DNA from: Bdellovibrionota bacterium
GTDB lineage: Bacteria; Bdellovibrionota_C; UBA2361; JBIKWN01
Assembly: GCA_044356295.1 (NCBI GenBank)
Contig: JBIKWN010000019.1
Span: 1-38,094, forward strand
Direction of reading: 5' to 3'
DNA length: 38,094 nucleotides
Numbering within the stretch: position 1 is the stretch's first letter; each line of letters starts with the position of its first letter. This document shows positions 21,435 to 30,712 of the stretch, in pieces. A program made the translations under genes and the position numbers. The notes beneath the pieces are model-generated. The model made no database searches. It was given only the letters and a program-made list of their open reading frames with translations, and had not been told where the DNA came from.

Positions 21435-22064
21435 TTATTTAAATACAAAACCCGTTTTTTCAGCCCAAAATAAAAGATCGAGCTCATCCATCGAAATTTT
21501 GACTGTAGAGGAGAAATTTTGAAACTTTTCCTCTATTTCTAGATACTTTTTGTGGGAAATAGTGTTCGGTACGGCAGAAATTACCTTCAAATCGACTAGT
21601 TTATTCAATATGTGACGATCAAGAATCGCTAGATTTTTTCGCCCAATATTTCTAAGAGCATGTGACCCCTCCTTCATCCCTATTCCTACAACACGAGCGA
21701 CTAGAAATTCTCTCTCAACGAGAGCACCGTGACCCTGGGATAGAAAGCTAAAAAGCTCTTCTTTTTGTTGTATAAATAGAAGAAGCCTTTTTGCTCGTGT
21801 CAGATGAAAACGCACATAGGATTCAGGGGATCTTAAAATATCTGCTACTTTTTGTTCTTTTAGTTTATGTTCAAAAAGTCCTTCAGCCTCAAGAATTTTC
21901 ATCGCTGCCTCTGCCCTCACAGGACTTGATTGAGGCGTTAAGAGACACAGTGCAATTTCTCGAAGCCACATCTCTTTTGAAAGAGTCTCAAAACTTTGAA
22001 GTGCATTTTGAATCTCTACCTTTCGTAGTTGGTACTGTTGGAAAATATCTTCATCCCAAAGCAT
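21435..22064 (-). CDS. ogg: Ogg2-type 8-oxoguanine DNA glycosylase/AP lyase (HhH-GPD)
   Basis: LCLLTPQS, RFH..RA, GIGMKEGSHALRNIG (HhH with catalytic Lys), AILDRHIL (catalytic Asp), YLEIE, LDLLFW...GFVFK with C-terminal Lys. Confidence 0.88.
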   Translation of the reverse strand: MLWDEDIFQQYQLRKVEIQNALQSFETLSKEMWLREIALCLLTPQSSPVRAEAAMKILEAEGLFEHKLKEQKVADILRSPESYVRFHLTRAKRLLLFIQQKEELFSFLSQGHGALVEREFLVARVVGIGMKEGSHALRNIGRKNLAILDRHILNKLVDLKVISAVPNTISHKKYLEIEEKFQNFSSTVKISMDELDLLFWAEKTGFVFK

Positions 22065-24261
22065 TGGAAAACATATCTAAAATTGATAGCCGTGACTTAT
22101 CCATTACCAACCAAACAAAATCATCTGCACAAAGAACGAAATCACTTCTTGGGGTTAAAAATCGTTCATCCCCTCTTTCAACTGCAACCACGACTCCCTT
22201 GATAGAGGTTTGTAGATCTAAATCAGAAAGTGCTCGCCCATCCCATGCAGAACCAGTTTCCAATTGTACAGATGTTAGCGTAAATCCTTCTTCAAGTTCT
22301 TTTTCAAAATCATGCTCTTCTTGTGCTGCTAAGAATTGATCAAGTTTCTGAATATCATTATCAAAACCTAAAACAAGAATTGTATCTCCGGGGAAAAGTT
22401 TTGTATCACCCGTTGGAGCAACTTCTTTTCTTGAGCCGCGTTGATGCAAGATTACATTGACTCCAAATTTATTTCGCAGATCAAGTTCAGTGAGTGTCTG
22501 TTCAATAACTGGTGAGAGCGGATCGATTGTAAATGCATGCAGATGCTCGTCCCAAGGCCCCATGGGGAGGGCTCCGGATGCTTTACTCTGTTTTGGTTCT
22601 GTCGATAACGTTTTAAATACCCAAATATTTGCGCGGTGTAGATAGCTACTAAATAAAATGAGAAGCACCATAACCATCGCTGCGGTTGACAATAAGATTA
22701 ATATGTCAGGTATGAGTAGTAGCGAGATAAAAACATAAAATAAAAGTGTAAAAAATAGTGAAAGAAGTTGAAGTGGAGAGATACGCGTTGCACTGGATCG
22801 TTTCTGAATATCTCCTAACCCAGTCATTGCCAATAGAAACGGAGACGATAGTAAAGAAGCAATAAAGAAATAGACTAAATCTTGTTCTCTTTCACTGTCT
22901 GGGCTATCAAGAAAAACAAATTTCATAACAAGAAAAATTGCTGTAACTATCAAACCGTTTGCAACCATGAACATGAAACGTTTTTGAAATCGTCCTCGCT
23001 GTGCAGGCATCCATTCGCGGTGGGCAACCTCAGAACGATAAAGCTCAACTAATCGCTTGATAAAGCTTGGCAAAAGAGATGTCATAAACATCGCACCATT
23101 CTCAAATGACCTTGAAACCAGAGCAGTAATTAAAATTGAAAAAGCTGCAGCTGTAATAATAATTCCTTGCCATTCAGAACTAAGTAACTTTTCATTACAA
23201 GCAAGTGTCACCATCACAATCGAGAACTCTCCGATTTGCATCATCGCTAGTCCGCTTCGCGCTGCATCTTCAAATGAGCGCCCTGCCAATAGAGAAAAAA
23301 GAGAAACGGTTATAAATTTTCCAATAATAGCGACGCTGGTAACAATACATACTAGTGTCAATGAATGTTCAAGAACTGTTGTATCAAGAAGCATCCCAAC
23401 CGCAACATAAAATATTGCCGAGAAAAAATCTCGAATTGGTCGAGTAAGTGTGTCAACTTTTTCATGGATATGTGTCTCTGAAACAATGGAGCCAGTCAGA
23501 AATGCAGCAAGTGCAGTTGAAACTCCAAGATAACTTGCCCCTAAACATGCCCCAAGACAGAGTCCTAATGAGCCTATAATAATGACTTCATTGGTAAGAT
23601 ATTTCTGCACTCTTCTTACAATAATAGGCAGAAATAACGTTCCACAGAGTAACCAGGTAACACTCGTTCCAAATAATAATGAAACCTCTTTTGAAACAAT
23701 TCGAGAAAAATCGCCTCCACCTGTTTGAGTAAGAAATGAAATTCCTAACAAAAATAAGATCGCAAACAGATCTTCAATAATTAAAATCCCAATCACCGTT
23801 TGTGCAAAATAAAAATTAGAGAGCTTTTTTTCTTGAAAGATTTTTATAATAACCCCAGTCGATGAGATTGAGAGTAAAAAACCGATTGTTAAAGCACTCG
23901 CAGATTGCAGCCCAATAAGCTTTCCAACCAAAAAACCGATCAGTAACATTAATAATACTTCCCCCATTCCAATAAAGATTGGAGCAAAGCCAAGTTGTTT
24001 TAATTTTCGAAAACTAAACTCAAGTCCAAGACCGAATAAAAGAAAGATAATACCTAACTCTGAAAGGACTCGTATTTGATCAATGTCAGTAACTGTAGAG
24101 AAGAGATTTAAATTTGGTCCGCACAAGATCCCTGCAAACAGATACGCAAGAACTAATGGCAGCCCCAACCGCTTAGCGAAAAGCACAACACTGCCGGCAG
24201 CAGTCAGTGTGATACTTATGTCTCTAATAAAAGGGTGAAGTCCTGTCACGGGCTCAACCAA
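22051..24261 (-). CDS. CPA2-family cation:proton antiporter with C-terminal TrkA-C (RCK-C) domains
   Basis: LSELGIIFLLFGLGLEFS, ISSTGVI, LIIEDL, QIGEFS motifs; two RCK-C repeats (LTELDLRNKFGVNVI..RG; LSDLDLQ...VVAVERG). Confidence 0.92.
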   Translation of the reverse strand: MVEPVTGLHPFIRDISITLTAAGSVVLFAKRLGLPLVLAYLFAGILCGPNLNLFSTVTDIDQIRVLSELGIIFLLFGLGLEFSFRKLKQLGFAPIFIGMGEVLLMLLIGFLVGKLIGLQSASALTIGFLLSISSTGVIIKIFQEKKLSNFYFAQTVIGILIIEDLFAILFLLGISFLTQTGGGDFSRIVSKEVSLLFGTSVTWLLCGTLFLPIIVRRVQKYLTNEVIIIGSLGLCLGACLGASYLGVSTALAAFLTGSIVSETHIHEKVDTLTRPIRDFFSAIFYVAVGMLLDTTVLEHSLTLVCIVTSVAIIGKFITVSLFSLLAGRSFEDAARSGLAMMQIGEFSIVMVTLACNEKLLSSEWQGIIITAAAFSILITALVSRSFENGAMFMTSLLPSFIKRLVELYRSEVAHREWMPAQRGRFQKRFMFMVANGLIVTAIFLVMKFVFLDSPDSEREQDLVYFFIASLLSSPFLLAMTGLGDIQKRSSATRISPLQLLSLFFTLLFYVFISLLLIPDILILLSTAAMVMVLLILFSSYLHRANIWVFKTLSTEPKQSKASGALPMGPWDEHLHAFTIDPLSPVIEQTLTELDLRNKFGVNVILHQRGSRKEVAPTGDTKLFPGDTILVLGFDNDIQKLDQFLAAQEEHDFEKELEEGFTLTSVQLETGSAWDGRALSDLDLQTSIKGVVVAVERGDERFLTPRSDFVLCADDFVWLVMDKSRLSILDMFSNALG

Positions 24262-24269
24262 AGATAAAA

Positions 24270-25532
24270 TTAAGCAGACTCAGCCTGCGCTTGGTATACA
24301 ACCAAAGGTTTTTCACCTTTTAAAACTGTATCCTCAGAAATTACTACTTCCTTAATATTTGGCTCGGAAGGAACATCATACATAACTTCAAGCATGATAT
24401 TTTCCAAAATCGCACGCAGACCACGAGCACCAGTTTTTCGTTCAAGTGCTTTTTGCGCTACTGCTTGTAATGCTTGCTCTTGGACACGGAGGGTTACACC
24501 TTCCATTTCAAGAAGGCGTTTGTACTGCTTAATTAAAGCGTTCTTAGGTTCTGTGAGAATTTGAACGAGTGCTTCGATATCTAGTTCTTCAAGGGTTGCA
24601 ACAAGTGGCAAACGACCGATAAATTCAGGAATCAGTCCAAACTTCAAAAGATCCTCAGGCTGTGCTTGATGGAGTAGAACTTTTTTATCTTCTGCTTTTT
24701 TCTTTTCAGTTTTTGTAGAACCGAATCCAAGTTTCTTTTGACCAATTCTTTGACGAATTACGTCTTCGAGACCAACAAAAGCACCACCGCAAATAAATAG
24801 GATGTTACTTGTATCAACCTGCAAAAATTCTTGTTGTGGATGTTTTCTGCCACCTTTTGGAGGAACACTTGCAACAGTTCCTTCAAGCATTTTAAGAAGA
24901 GCTTGCTGAACACCTTCTCCTGAAACATCACGAGTAATAGAAGGATTTTCAGCTTTACGAGAAATCTTGTCTATCTCATCAATATAGACAATACCTCGCT
25001 GTGCTTTCTCAACATCGTAATCGCAAGACTGGAGTAAACTTAAAATAATATTTTCAACATCCTCACCGACATATCCCGCCTCAGTAAGGTTAGTTGCATC
25101 AGCAATAGTAAATGGAACTTGCAAAATACGAGCAAGTGATTGAGCCAGTAATGTTTTTCCAGTTCCTGTAGCCCCAATTAAAAGAATATTGGATTTTTGT
25201 ATCTCGACATCACCAGATTTGCCCTTTGCTTCGATTCTTTTGTAGTGATTATGAACCGCAACCGAAAGAACTTTTTTTGCATGATTCTGACCAATCACAT
25301 ATTGATCAAGGAAAGTTTTAATCTCTTTAGGTCGCGGAATTTTTGATTGAGTAACCTGAGCTTCAGCAGCCCCACCATCAATCTCTTCAGCAATAATATC
25401 ATTACAAAGGTCGATACACTCATCACAAATGTATACAGAAGGACCAGCAATAAGTTTTCGCACCTCTTCTTGGGTACGATTACAGAAAGAACACACGAGT
25501 GTTTGTCTATTCTTATCTTGTCCTCTGCTCAC
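24270..25532 (-). CDS. clpX: ATP-dependent Clp protease ATP-binding subunit ClpX
   Basis: C4 zinc finger (CSFC...CDEC), [39 protein letters not shown]. Confidence 0.99.
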   Translation of the reverse strand: MSRGQDKNRQTLVCSFCNRTQEEVRKLIAGPSVYICDECIDLCNDIIAEEIDGGAAEAQVTQSKIPRPKEIKTFLDQYVIGQNHAKKVLSVAVHNHYKRIEAKGKSGDVEIQKSNILLIGATGTGKTLLAQSLARILQVPFTIADATNLTEAGYVGEDVENIILSLLQSCDYDVEKAQRGIVYIDEIDKISRKAENPSITRDVSGEGVQQALLKMLEGTVASVPPKGGRKHPQQEFLQVDTSNILFICGGAFVGLEDVIRQRIGQKKLGFGSTKTEKKKAEDKKVLLHQAQPEDLLKFGLIPEFIGRLPLVATLEELDIEALVQILTEPKNALIKQYKRLLEMEGVTLRVQEQALQAVAQKALERKTGARGLRAILENIMLEVMYDVPSEPNIKEVVISEDTVLKGEKPLVVYQAQAESA

Positions 25533-25538
25533 AAGCGA

Positions 25539-26123
25539 TTAGCTCCTTCTCTGATAAACTTCGTCGATTATACCATACTCTTTAGCCTGTTCGCTCGTCA
25601 TAAAATTATCGCGATCAGTGTCTTCGATAATTTGCTTCATAGGCTTTCCTGTATGATGAACAAGGATTTTGTTAACTTCATCTTTAACACGAAGCATCTC
25701 TTTTGCATGAATTTCTACATCAGATGCTTGTCCCTGAAACCCACCAAGTGGTTGGTGAATCATGATTCGAGAATGTGGCAATGCAAAACGTTTTCCTTTT
25801 GCTCCACCTGCAAGAAGCAATGCTCCCATACTTGCTGCCTGTCCAACACATACAGTTGCGACATCGGCACGGATGTAGTGCATCGTGTCGTAGATTGCCA
25901 ATCCAGCACTCACTGAACCACCAGGACTATTTATATATAGAAATATATCTTTCTCTGGATCATCACTCTCTAGAAATAACATCTGAGCCACAATCAAGTT
26001 TGCAATATGATCATCTACTTGATTACCAAGAAAAATGATTCTGTCTTTTAAGAGACGAGAGTAAATATCGTATGAGCGCTCTCCTTTGCCTGTTTGCTCA
26101 ATGACATATGGAACGTATGGCAT
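25539..26123 (-). CDS. clpP: ATP-dependent Clp protease proteolytic subunit ClpP
   Basis: [35 protein letters not shown]. Confidence 0.99.
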   Translation of the reverse strand: MPYVPYVIEQTGKGERSYDIYSRLLKDRIIFLGNQVDDHIANLIVAQMLFLESDDPEKDIFLYINSPGGSVSAGLAIYDTMHYIRADVATVCVGQAASMGALLLAGGAKGKRFALPHSRIMIHQPLGGFQGQASDVEIHAKEMLRVKDEVNKILVHHTGKPMKQIIEDTDRDNFMTSEQAKEYGIIDEVYQRRS

Positions 26124-26126
26124 GAT

Positions 26127-27395
26127 TTATCCTTTTTTAACGTACGTTACTTTTGCTTTTTCAACTAACATATCTTGCGTTTTTGAACGTGTAATTTCAA
26201 CTGCAAGATGTATCAGTGAACGACCAGTAAACATTTTTCGCGCTTCTGCTTCTGAGACACGATACTGCGCTGCAACTTCTTGAAACGCACTCTTCATGTC
26301 TTCATCATTAGGAGTTATTTTCTCAGTTTGGGCAATCATATCAGTGACGATATTTGCTTTGACTCTTTTTGCTGCCATTTCACCGAATGACTCACGAAAC
26401 GGCTCAACTGGGATATCTTCAAATTTAGTATTCTTTGGATCAACTGCTCCTACTCGAATTAAAAGATTTCTGACTTCATCATCGATTAATGCTTGTGGAA
26501 CTTGGAATGGATTGATCTCGATTATCTTTTCAACCAAAACATTCTTCGCTTTTTCTTTTGCCTGACCTTCTGATTGAGCATTTAAATTTTTCTCAATATC
26601 CATCTTGAGCTCAAGCACTGTCTTTGGCTCAAGTCCAAGTGTTGAAACAAAATCATCGGTGAGCTCTGGTAGCTCTCTTTCCATGATTTTATTTAAAGTA
26701 ACAAGATAAACCATCTCACCTTCATCACCTGCAGGAAGTTTTACTCCTCTGGTCTCTCCGATTTTTAAGCCTACAACTTGCTCATCAAACTCTTTTGGAA
26801 GTCGTCCATCACCTAATCCAATCGTTGCATTCTCTGAATTAGTTTCCGCTCCATCTTTTGCTTTAAATACAACTGATACATCAATTATGTCTTCGGCTTG
26901 TACCTCTGTGCGAGTTGTCTCTTTTGAACCTGAGCGTGAACGACGGTATGAATCGATAGTTTTCGTAATTACTTCATCCGTAACCTCTTCTTTTTCTACA
27001 GATATTTCGAGTCCTTCATATCCTGTAATTTTAGGAGTCGGATAAATTGAAAAATCAGCTGTGTACTCTAATTTCTCTGATGGGTTTTCAGAGGTAATAT
27101 CTATCTTTGGTGATCCAACAAGTTGGAGCTCATTCTTTTTAATAACTTCATCAAGTGAACTTGAAACAAGTTTTGAAACGACATCCCACTTGATGCTTTC
27201 TCCGTAGAGCTTTTCAACCATCTCACGCGGCGCCTTACCTGCACGAAAGCCATTTATTTTTGCTTTTCCTGCATAGTTCTTCATTGCAACTTCAAATTCA
27301 CGCTGAAAATGAGCTACAGGAACAGTAACAGCCGCTTTGCGGGTAACTTCATCAATAGTGGTAATAGTAGATTGGATTTCTTCTGTTTGATTCAT
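26127..27395 (-). CDS. tig: Trigger factor
   Basis: Ribosome-binding signature GFRAGKAP, FKBP-like middle domain, position upstream of clpP-clpX. Confidence 0.95.
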   Translation of the reverse strand: MNQTEEIQSTITTIDEVTRKAAVTVPVAHFQREFEVAMKNYAGKAKINGFRAGKAPREMVEKLYGESIKWDVVSKLVSSSLDEVIKKNELQLVGSPKIDITSENPSEKLEYTADFSIYPTPKITGYEGLEISVEKEEVTDEVITKTIDSYRRSRSGSKETTRTEVQAEDIIDVSVVFKAKDGAETNSENATIGLGDGRLPKEFDEQVVGLKIGETRGVKLPAGDEGEMVYLVTLNKIMERELPELTDDFVSTLGLEPKTVLELKMDIEKNLNAQSEGQAKEKAKNVLVEKIIEINPFQVPQALIDDEVRNLLIRVGAVDPKNTKFEDIPVEPFRESFGEMAAKRVKANIVTDMIAQTEKITPNDEDMKSAFQEVAAQYRVSEAEARKMFTGRSLIHLAVEITRSKTQDMLVEKAKVTYVKKG

Positions 27396-27521
27396 TTTAT
27401 GAAGGTATCACAAGGCGTTAGCGTAGTATAGACAGGCATACCTGCCCGAGCGCTTCGTTGAATTCTATAATTTCTTAAGCTATACTCAACTTGTTGTATC
27501 CACTACAACATCCTTCCCTCT

Positions 27522-27601
27522 GCGGGGATGGTGAAATTGGCAGACACGCTAGATTTAGGATCTAGTGCTTCGGCGTGGGGGTTCAAGTCCCCCTTCCCGC
27601 A
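27522..27601 (+). tRNA. tRNA-Leu (anticodon TAG), CCA not encoded
   Basis: GCGGGGATGGTGAAATTGGCAGACACGCTAGATTTAGGATCTAGTGCTTCGGCGTGGGGGTTCAAGTCCCCCTTCCCGCA: anticodon arm CTAGA-TTTAGGA-TCTAG, variable arm, T arm GGGGG-TTCAAGT-CCCCC. Confidence 0.96.
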
Positions 27602-27608
27602 GTATTTA

Positions 27609-27803
27609 TGGTTCAACGGCTGGCGCCGTTGAGACTGACTTCAGCTTGAAATTCAGCAACATTATATTTGGTTCAACGGCTGGCGCCGTTGAGACTGACT
27701 TCAGCTTGAAATTCAGCAACATTATATTTGGTTCAACGGCTGGCGCCTTGAGACTGACTTCAGCTTGAAATTCAGCAAGATTATATTTGGTTCAACGACT
27801 GGC
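27609..27803. repeat. 60-bp tandem repeat, about 3.25 copies
   Basis: Unit TGGTTCAACGGCTGGCGCCGTTGAGACTGACTTCAGCTTGAAATTCAGCAACATTATATT at 27609 and 27669 (identical), 27729 (1-nt deletion, 1 substitution) and 27788 (16-nt partial). Confidence 0.95.
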
Positions 27804-27825
27804 TTTTTAGGGTTTTTGTAACGCG

Positions 27826-27881
27826 AAGGTCGCGAAGTACGCGAAGGATTTTATCAATGCCTTCGGGTACTTCGCGACCTT
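27826..27881. repeat. 22-bp inverted repeat (1 mismatch, 12-nt loop)
   Basis: AAGGTCGCGAAGTACGCGAAGG (27826-27847) / CCTTCGGGTACTTCGCGACCTT (27860-27881). Confidence 0.9.
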
Positions 27882-27938
27882 AGATATTCCTGCTGCAGTT
27901 TCCAATGCCGCACTCATAGCTTTGCATGCAATAGATAA

Positions 27939-28421
27939 CTAATCCCCAATAATCTCATCTCGATCATCGGTAATATTTCGTATCACACCATTTGCATCAA
28001 CGACAACTATATAAGGAACACGGTCACCCAATACTCGGTTAAATGCTTGGTCGTATTCTTCATTGCCTGACATCATAAGCTCAAATTCAGTAATGCGACG
28101 TTCTGATAATACTTCTTTTACTTCTTTAAGTTTATCAGAGCTATCGAGAGTAGCAGCTATAAAAATATACTTACCTTGATTTTTAGGTTGCCGCGCAAAT
28201 TCATTTATAGCTTGCATTGCTCTCTTTGATGAACCACAGTTTGAACGCCAAAAAACGACAATGACAGGCTTCCCAAGATAACTCTGTATATTAGTCTCAT
28301 CACCGTCTTTCAACGTATAAAACCTCATCAATGGCGTTTCTTGACCAATGAGCACCTTCCCTGGGATGGGTCCACAGGCTGCAAGCAATAAACATAAGAG
28401 CAAAAATATTTTTTTTATCAC
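27939..28421 (-). CDS. TlpA/ResA-like thioredoxin-fold lipoprotein with a CxxS site
   Basis: Likely GTG start at 28421 (GTGA overlap with the upstream stop). Lipobox LAAC, GKPVIVVFWRSNCGSSK, VPYIVVVDANGVIR. Confidence 0.8.
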   Translation of the reverse strand: MIKKIFLLLCLLLAACGPIPGKVLIGQETPLMRFYTLKDGDETNIQSYLGKPVIVVFWRSNCGSSKRAMQAINEFARQPKNQGKYIFIAATLDSSDKLKEVKEVLSERRITEFELMMSGNEEYDQAFNRVLGDRVPYIVVVDANGVIRNITDDRDEIIGD

Positions 28422-30709
28422 TTTGTCATCCGCTCTTTGATCACCCAAAGCTCTTCCTCATAGATTTTTTTTACATCTTTATTTTGCTCTGCTTTATATG
28501 CTTCAAGTATAACTTGTAGTACAGCTGTATTATTAACATTTCGAAGTGCATGAACCGATGCCTTACGTACTTCAACTGATGGATTTGATAACAGTGCAAC
28601 CATCGAAGCCGCTGGAATCCGTTTTTCAAATTCTTGTAAATAGTAGGAAAGGAAACTTTGGTTTGGAGCACTCACTAAAAAAGAAAATAATGGATTCTTT
28701 TCTTCAAGATGTTTTAGTGGTTGCAAAGCTCTCTCTACCGTAGACTTAGAAAAAACCATTTCACTGCTTGTCGTTACCCCTACAAGAGCTGCAAAACTGG
28801 TACGATCTTTTGGATCCATTTTTCGAAACAATGAAAAAAGCTGTTCAATAAATACATTACCGCTACTTCTGCCAGCAACATAATCGAGTAAATCTTTTGC
28901 AATGAGTGGATCAGTATTATCAACAAGTAAAACTTTTAAAAGCTCTAATGCATCCGCATGTAGCCAAATTCCTAACTGTTCAACATCACCCTTTGAGACT
29001 TCTTTGGACAACAGTCGCGAAATGAGTTGAAGCGTTCCTTCAGGTAGTTCTTCTCCACTAAGAAGCGGATGAAGATATGCTTTCGTGGTATCACCAAAAA
29101 GATTTCGCTTGATAACTACTTCAAGAACGGAAGAAGAAATAGTTTTACCTTGCTGCAAAGCAGAGGTACTTAACCAACGAAGCTCATCATCTGAGCAGCT
29201 CTGAACCATAGCAGCAAATTGCGGTTGAAGTTCTGGTGAGGACTCAAGCAACATACCTATTAATGCTTTTGAAGAAATATTTATAGGAGGTAACGTTGAA
29301 CTATTCCCCATCTTTGCAATCACTGCACTCACGCTGGTTCTGTAAATATCTTCATCAGATGAAAGTACAAGCGCTGAAAGGAATTTACTTCCTAAGTATG
29401 GATTGAGAATAAAAATACGCTCGGCGATTTCCCCACGTGCAGCAGCAGGCAAGCTGCCATCAAGAATTTTCAAGCTTAATTCATACTCAGGAGGATTATC
29501 GGCAAGACTTACAGAATCGAGCCATGATTTTACTGCATCAGCTAGGAGTCCAAGTTTAAACCGCTTGGCTCGAATCATAATTTCACGCTCAGCAAGTAAT
29601 CGCTCTGATGGTTCAATTGATTTTAATGCTGCATCAACGAGTAACGTATGGGCGAGTGGATCATCAGATTGAGAAAGCTCTGCAAACTTAGCTCGTTTTT
29701 CAGTAATTTGTACATCTTGAGAATTTAAGATATCGGCAGCTTGCTTCATTCGATCATTTGCCACCGCCCGGAGAACCATTTGTGTTTCATCGAGGGTTTG
29801 TTCCGATTTGTTACTAAATAAAAGAAGCCCAATGGACAGAGCTATAACCAGGACTAAAAAGATACCAACCCCAATTAAAAGTTTTTTTCGATTTTGTACA
29901 CTTGCTGATGTTTCAGCTGATTGATCTTCTTTGTTAGCTCCAGAACCATCGAAGACTTGAAGTTGATTATCCGTGGACCTCTTTTCAAGTCTGCGTTCAC
30001 CACGCTGTGTTACCTGAGCTTCTTCATTAAGGATTTTTTCTTTTATCTTACGAAAATGAGAAGCAAAAATTGTAGCAGACTGTGGTGCTGACGAATCAGT
30101 ACTTTCAGCAATCGCAAGAGACTCATGAATCCATGCAGGAGCAGTTTGAAGTAAAGAACCAAATAATCTTCTACAAAGGGCAGTGAGTGCGAGTACATCT
30201 GCTCTCAGTATAGACTCGAGACTTCCTTCAAAGGCTGGATTACCCATAACACCAACAAGTGCTATTTCACCAGTTCTTGTCAACCAAAATGAATTTGCTC
30301 CTATATCACCTAATCCAATACCGTGAGCATGGAGCGTCTCAACAATCTGAAGCGCAGCAGCGAATCGACGCTCTGCTTCTTTCATATCTAAATTACCCTG
30401 TGTAATTGAATAGCCATCAGTATATTCAACGACGATAAAAAGTAACCCGCTTGGATCAAGTCCAACACTAAAAAGTTTTGGTGTTCGAATAGATACATTA
30501 GAAAACCTACCCATTCGTTTAACAAATTGAGTCAGGCGCTCATCATTATTTTCGAATTGTTCACGACAGATCCAAAGACCAACAGATCGCCCTCTTTCGC
30601 CATCATAGGCTTTAAATAGATCAGAATAGGTTTGTTCAATGAGTTGGTTTTCAACTGCAAAGATATCAGTAATTAATGTACTGACAAGGAATCCAGACGG
30701 TAAAGACAT
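28418..30709 (-). CDS. Membrane protein: degenerate Ser/Thr kinase-like N-domain, one TM helix, large helical C-domain ending in a HEAT-like repeat
   Basis: LFKAYDGERGRSVGLW, FIVVEYTDG, LHAHGIGLGDIGANSFWL (kinase subdomains with degenerate catalytic residues); TM LLIGVGIFLVLVIALSIGLLLF; LLSNPSVEVRKASVHAL (HEAT-like). Confidence 0.7.
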   Translation of the reverse strand: MSLPSGFLVSTLITDIFAVENQLIEQTYSDLFKAYDGERGRSVGLWICREQFENNDERLTQFVKRMGRFSNVSIRTPKLFSVGLDPSGLLFIVVEYTDGYSITQGNLDMKEAERRFAAALQIVETLHAHGIGLGDIGANSFWLTRTGEIALVGVMGNPAFEGSLESILRADVLALTALCRRLFGSLLQTAPAWIHESLAIAESTDSSAPQSATIFASHFRKIKEKILNEEAQVTQRGERRLEKRSTDNQLQVFDGSGANKEDQSAETSASVQNRKKLLIGVGIFLVLVIALSIGLLLFSNKSEQTLDETQMVLRAVANDRMKQAADILNSQDVQITEKRAKFAELSQSDDPLAHTLLVDAALKSIEPSERLLAEREIMIRAKRFKLGLLADAVKSWLDSVSLADNPPEYELSLKILDGSLPAAARGEIAERIFILNPYLGSKFLSALVLSSDEDIYRTSVSAVIAKMGNSSTLPPINISSKALIGMLLESSPELQPQFAAMVQSCSDDELRWLSTSALQQGKTISSSVLEVVIKRNLFGDTTKAYLHPLLSGEELPEGTLQLISRLLSKEVSKGDVEQLGIWLHADALELLKVLLVDNTDPLIAKDLLDYVAGRSSGNVFIEQLFSLFRKMDPKDRTSFAALVGVTTSSEMVFSKSTVERALQPLKHLEEKNPLFSFLVSAPNQSFLSYYLQEFEKRIPAASMVALLSNPSVEVRKASVHALRNVNNTAVLQVILEAYKAEQNKDVKKIYEEELWVIKERMTK

Positions 30710-30712
30710 AGT

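Noticed and set aside
27565..27768. 67-aa ORF with a repeated GSTAGAVETDFSLKFSNIIF peptide
   Set aside because: It starts inside tRNA-Leu and only reflects the 60-bp tandem repeat.
27609..27803. Possible second mini-CRISPR array (60-bp period, hairpin)
   Set aside because: Whole units are identical, with no variable spacers and no similarity to the I-E repeat.
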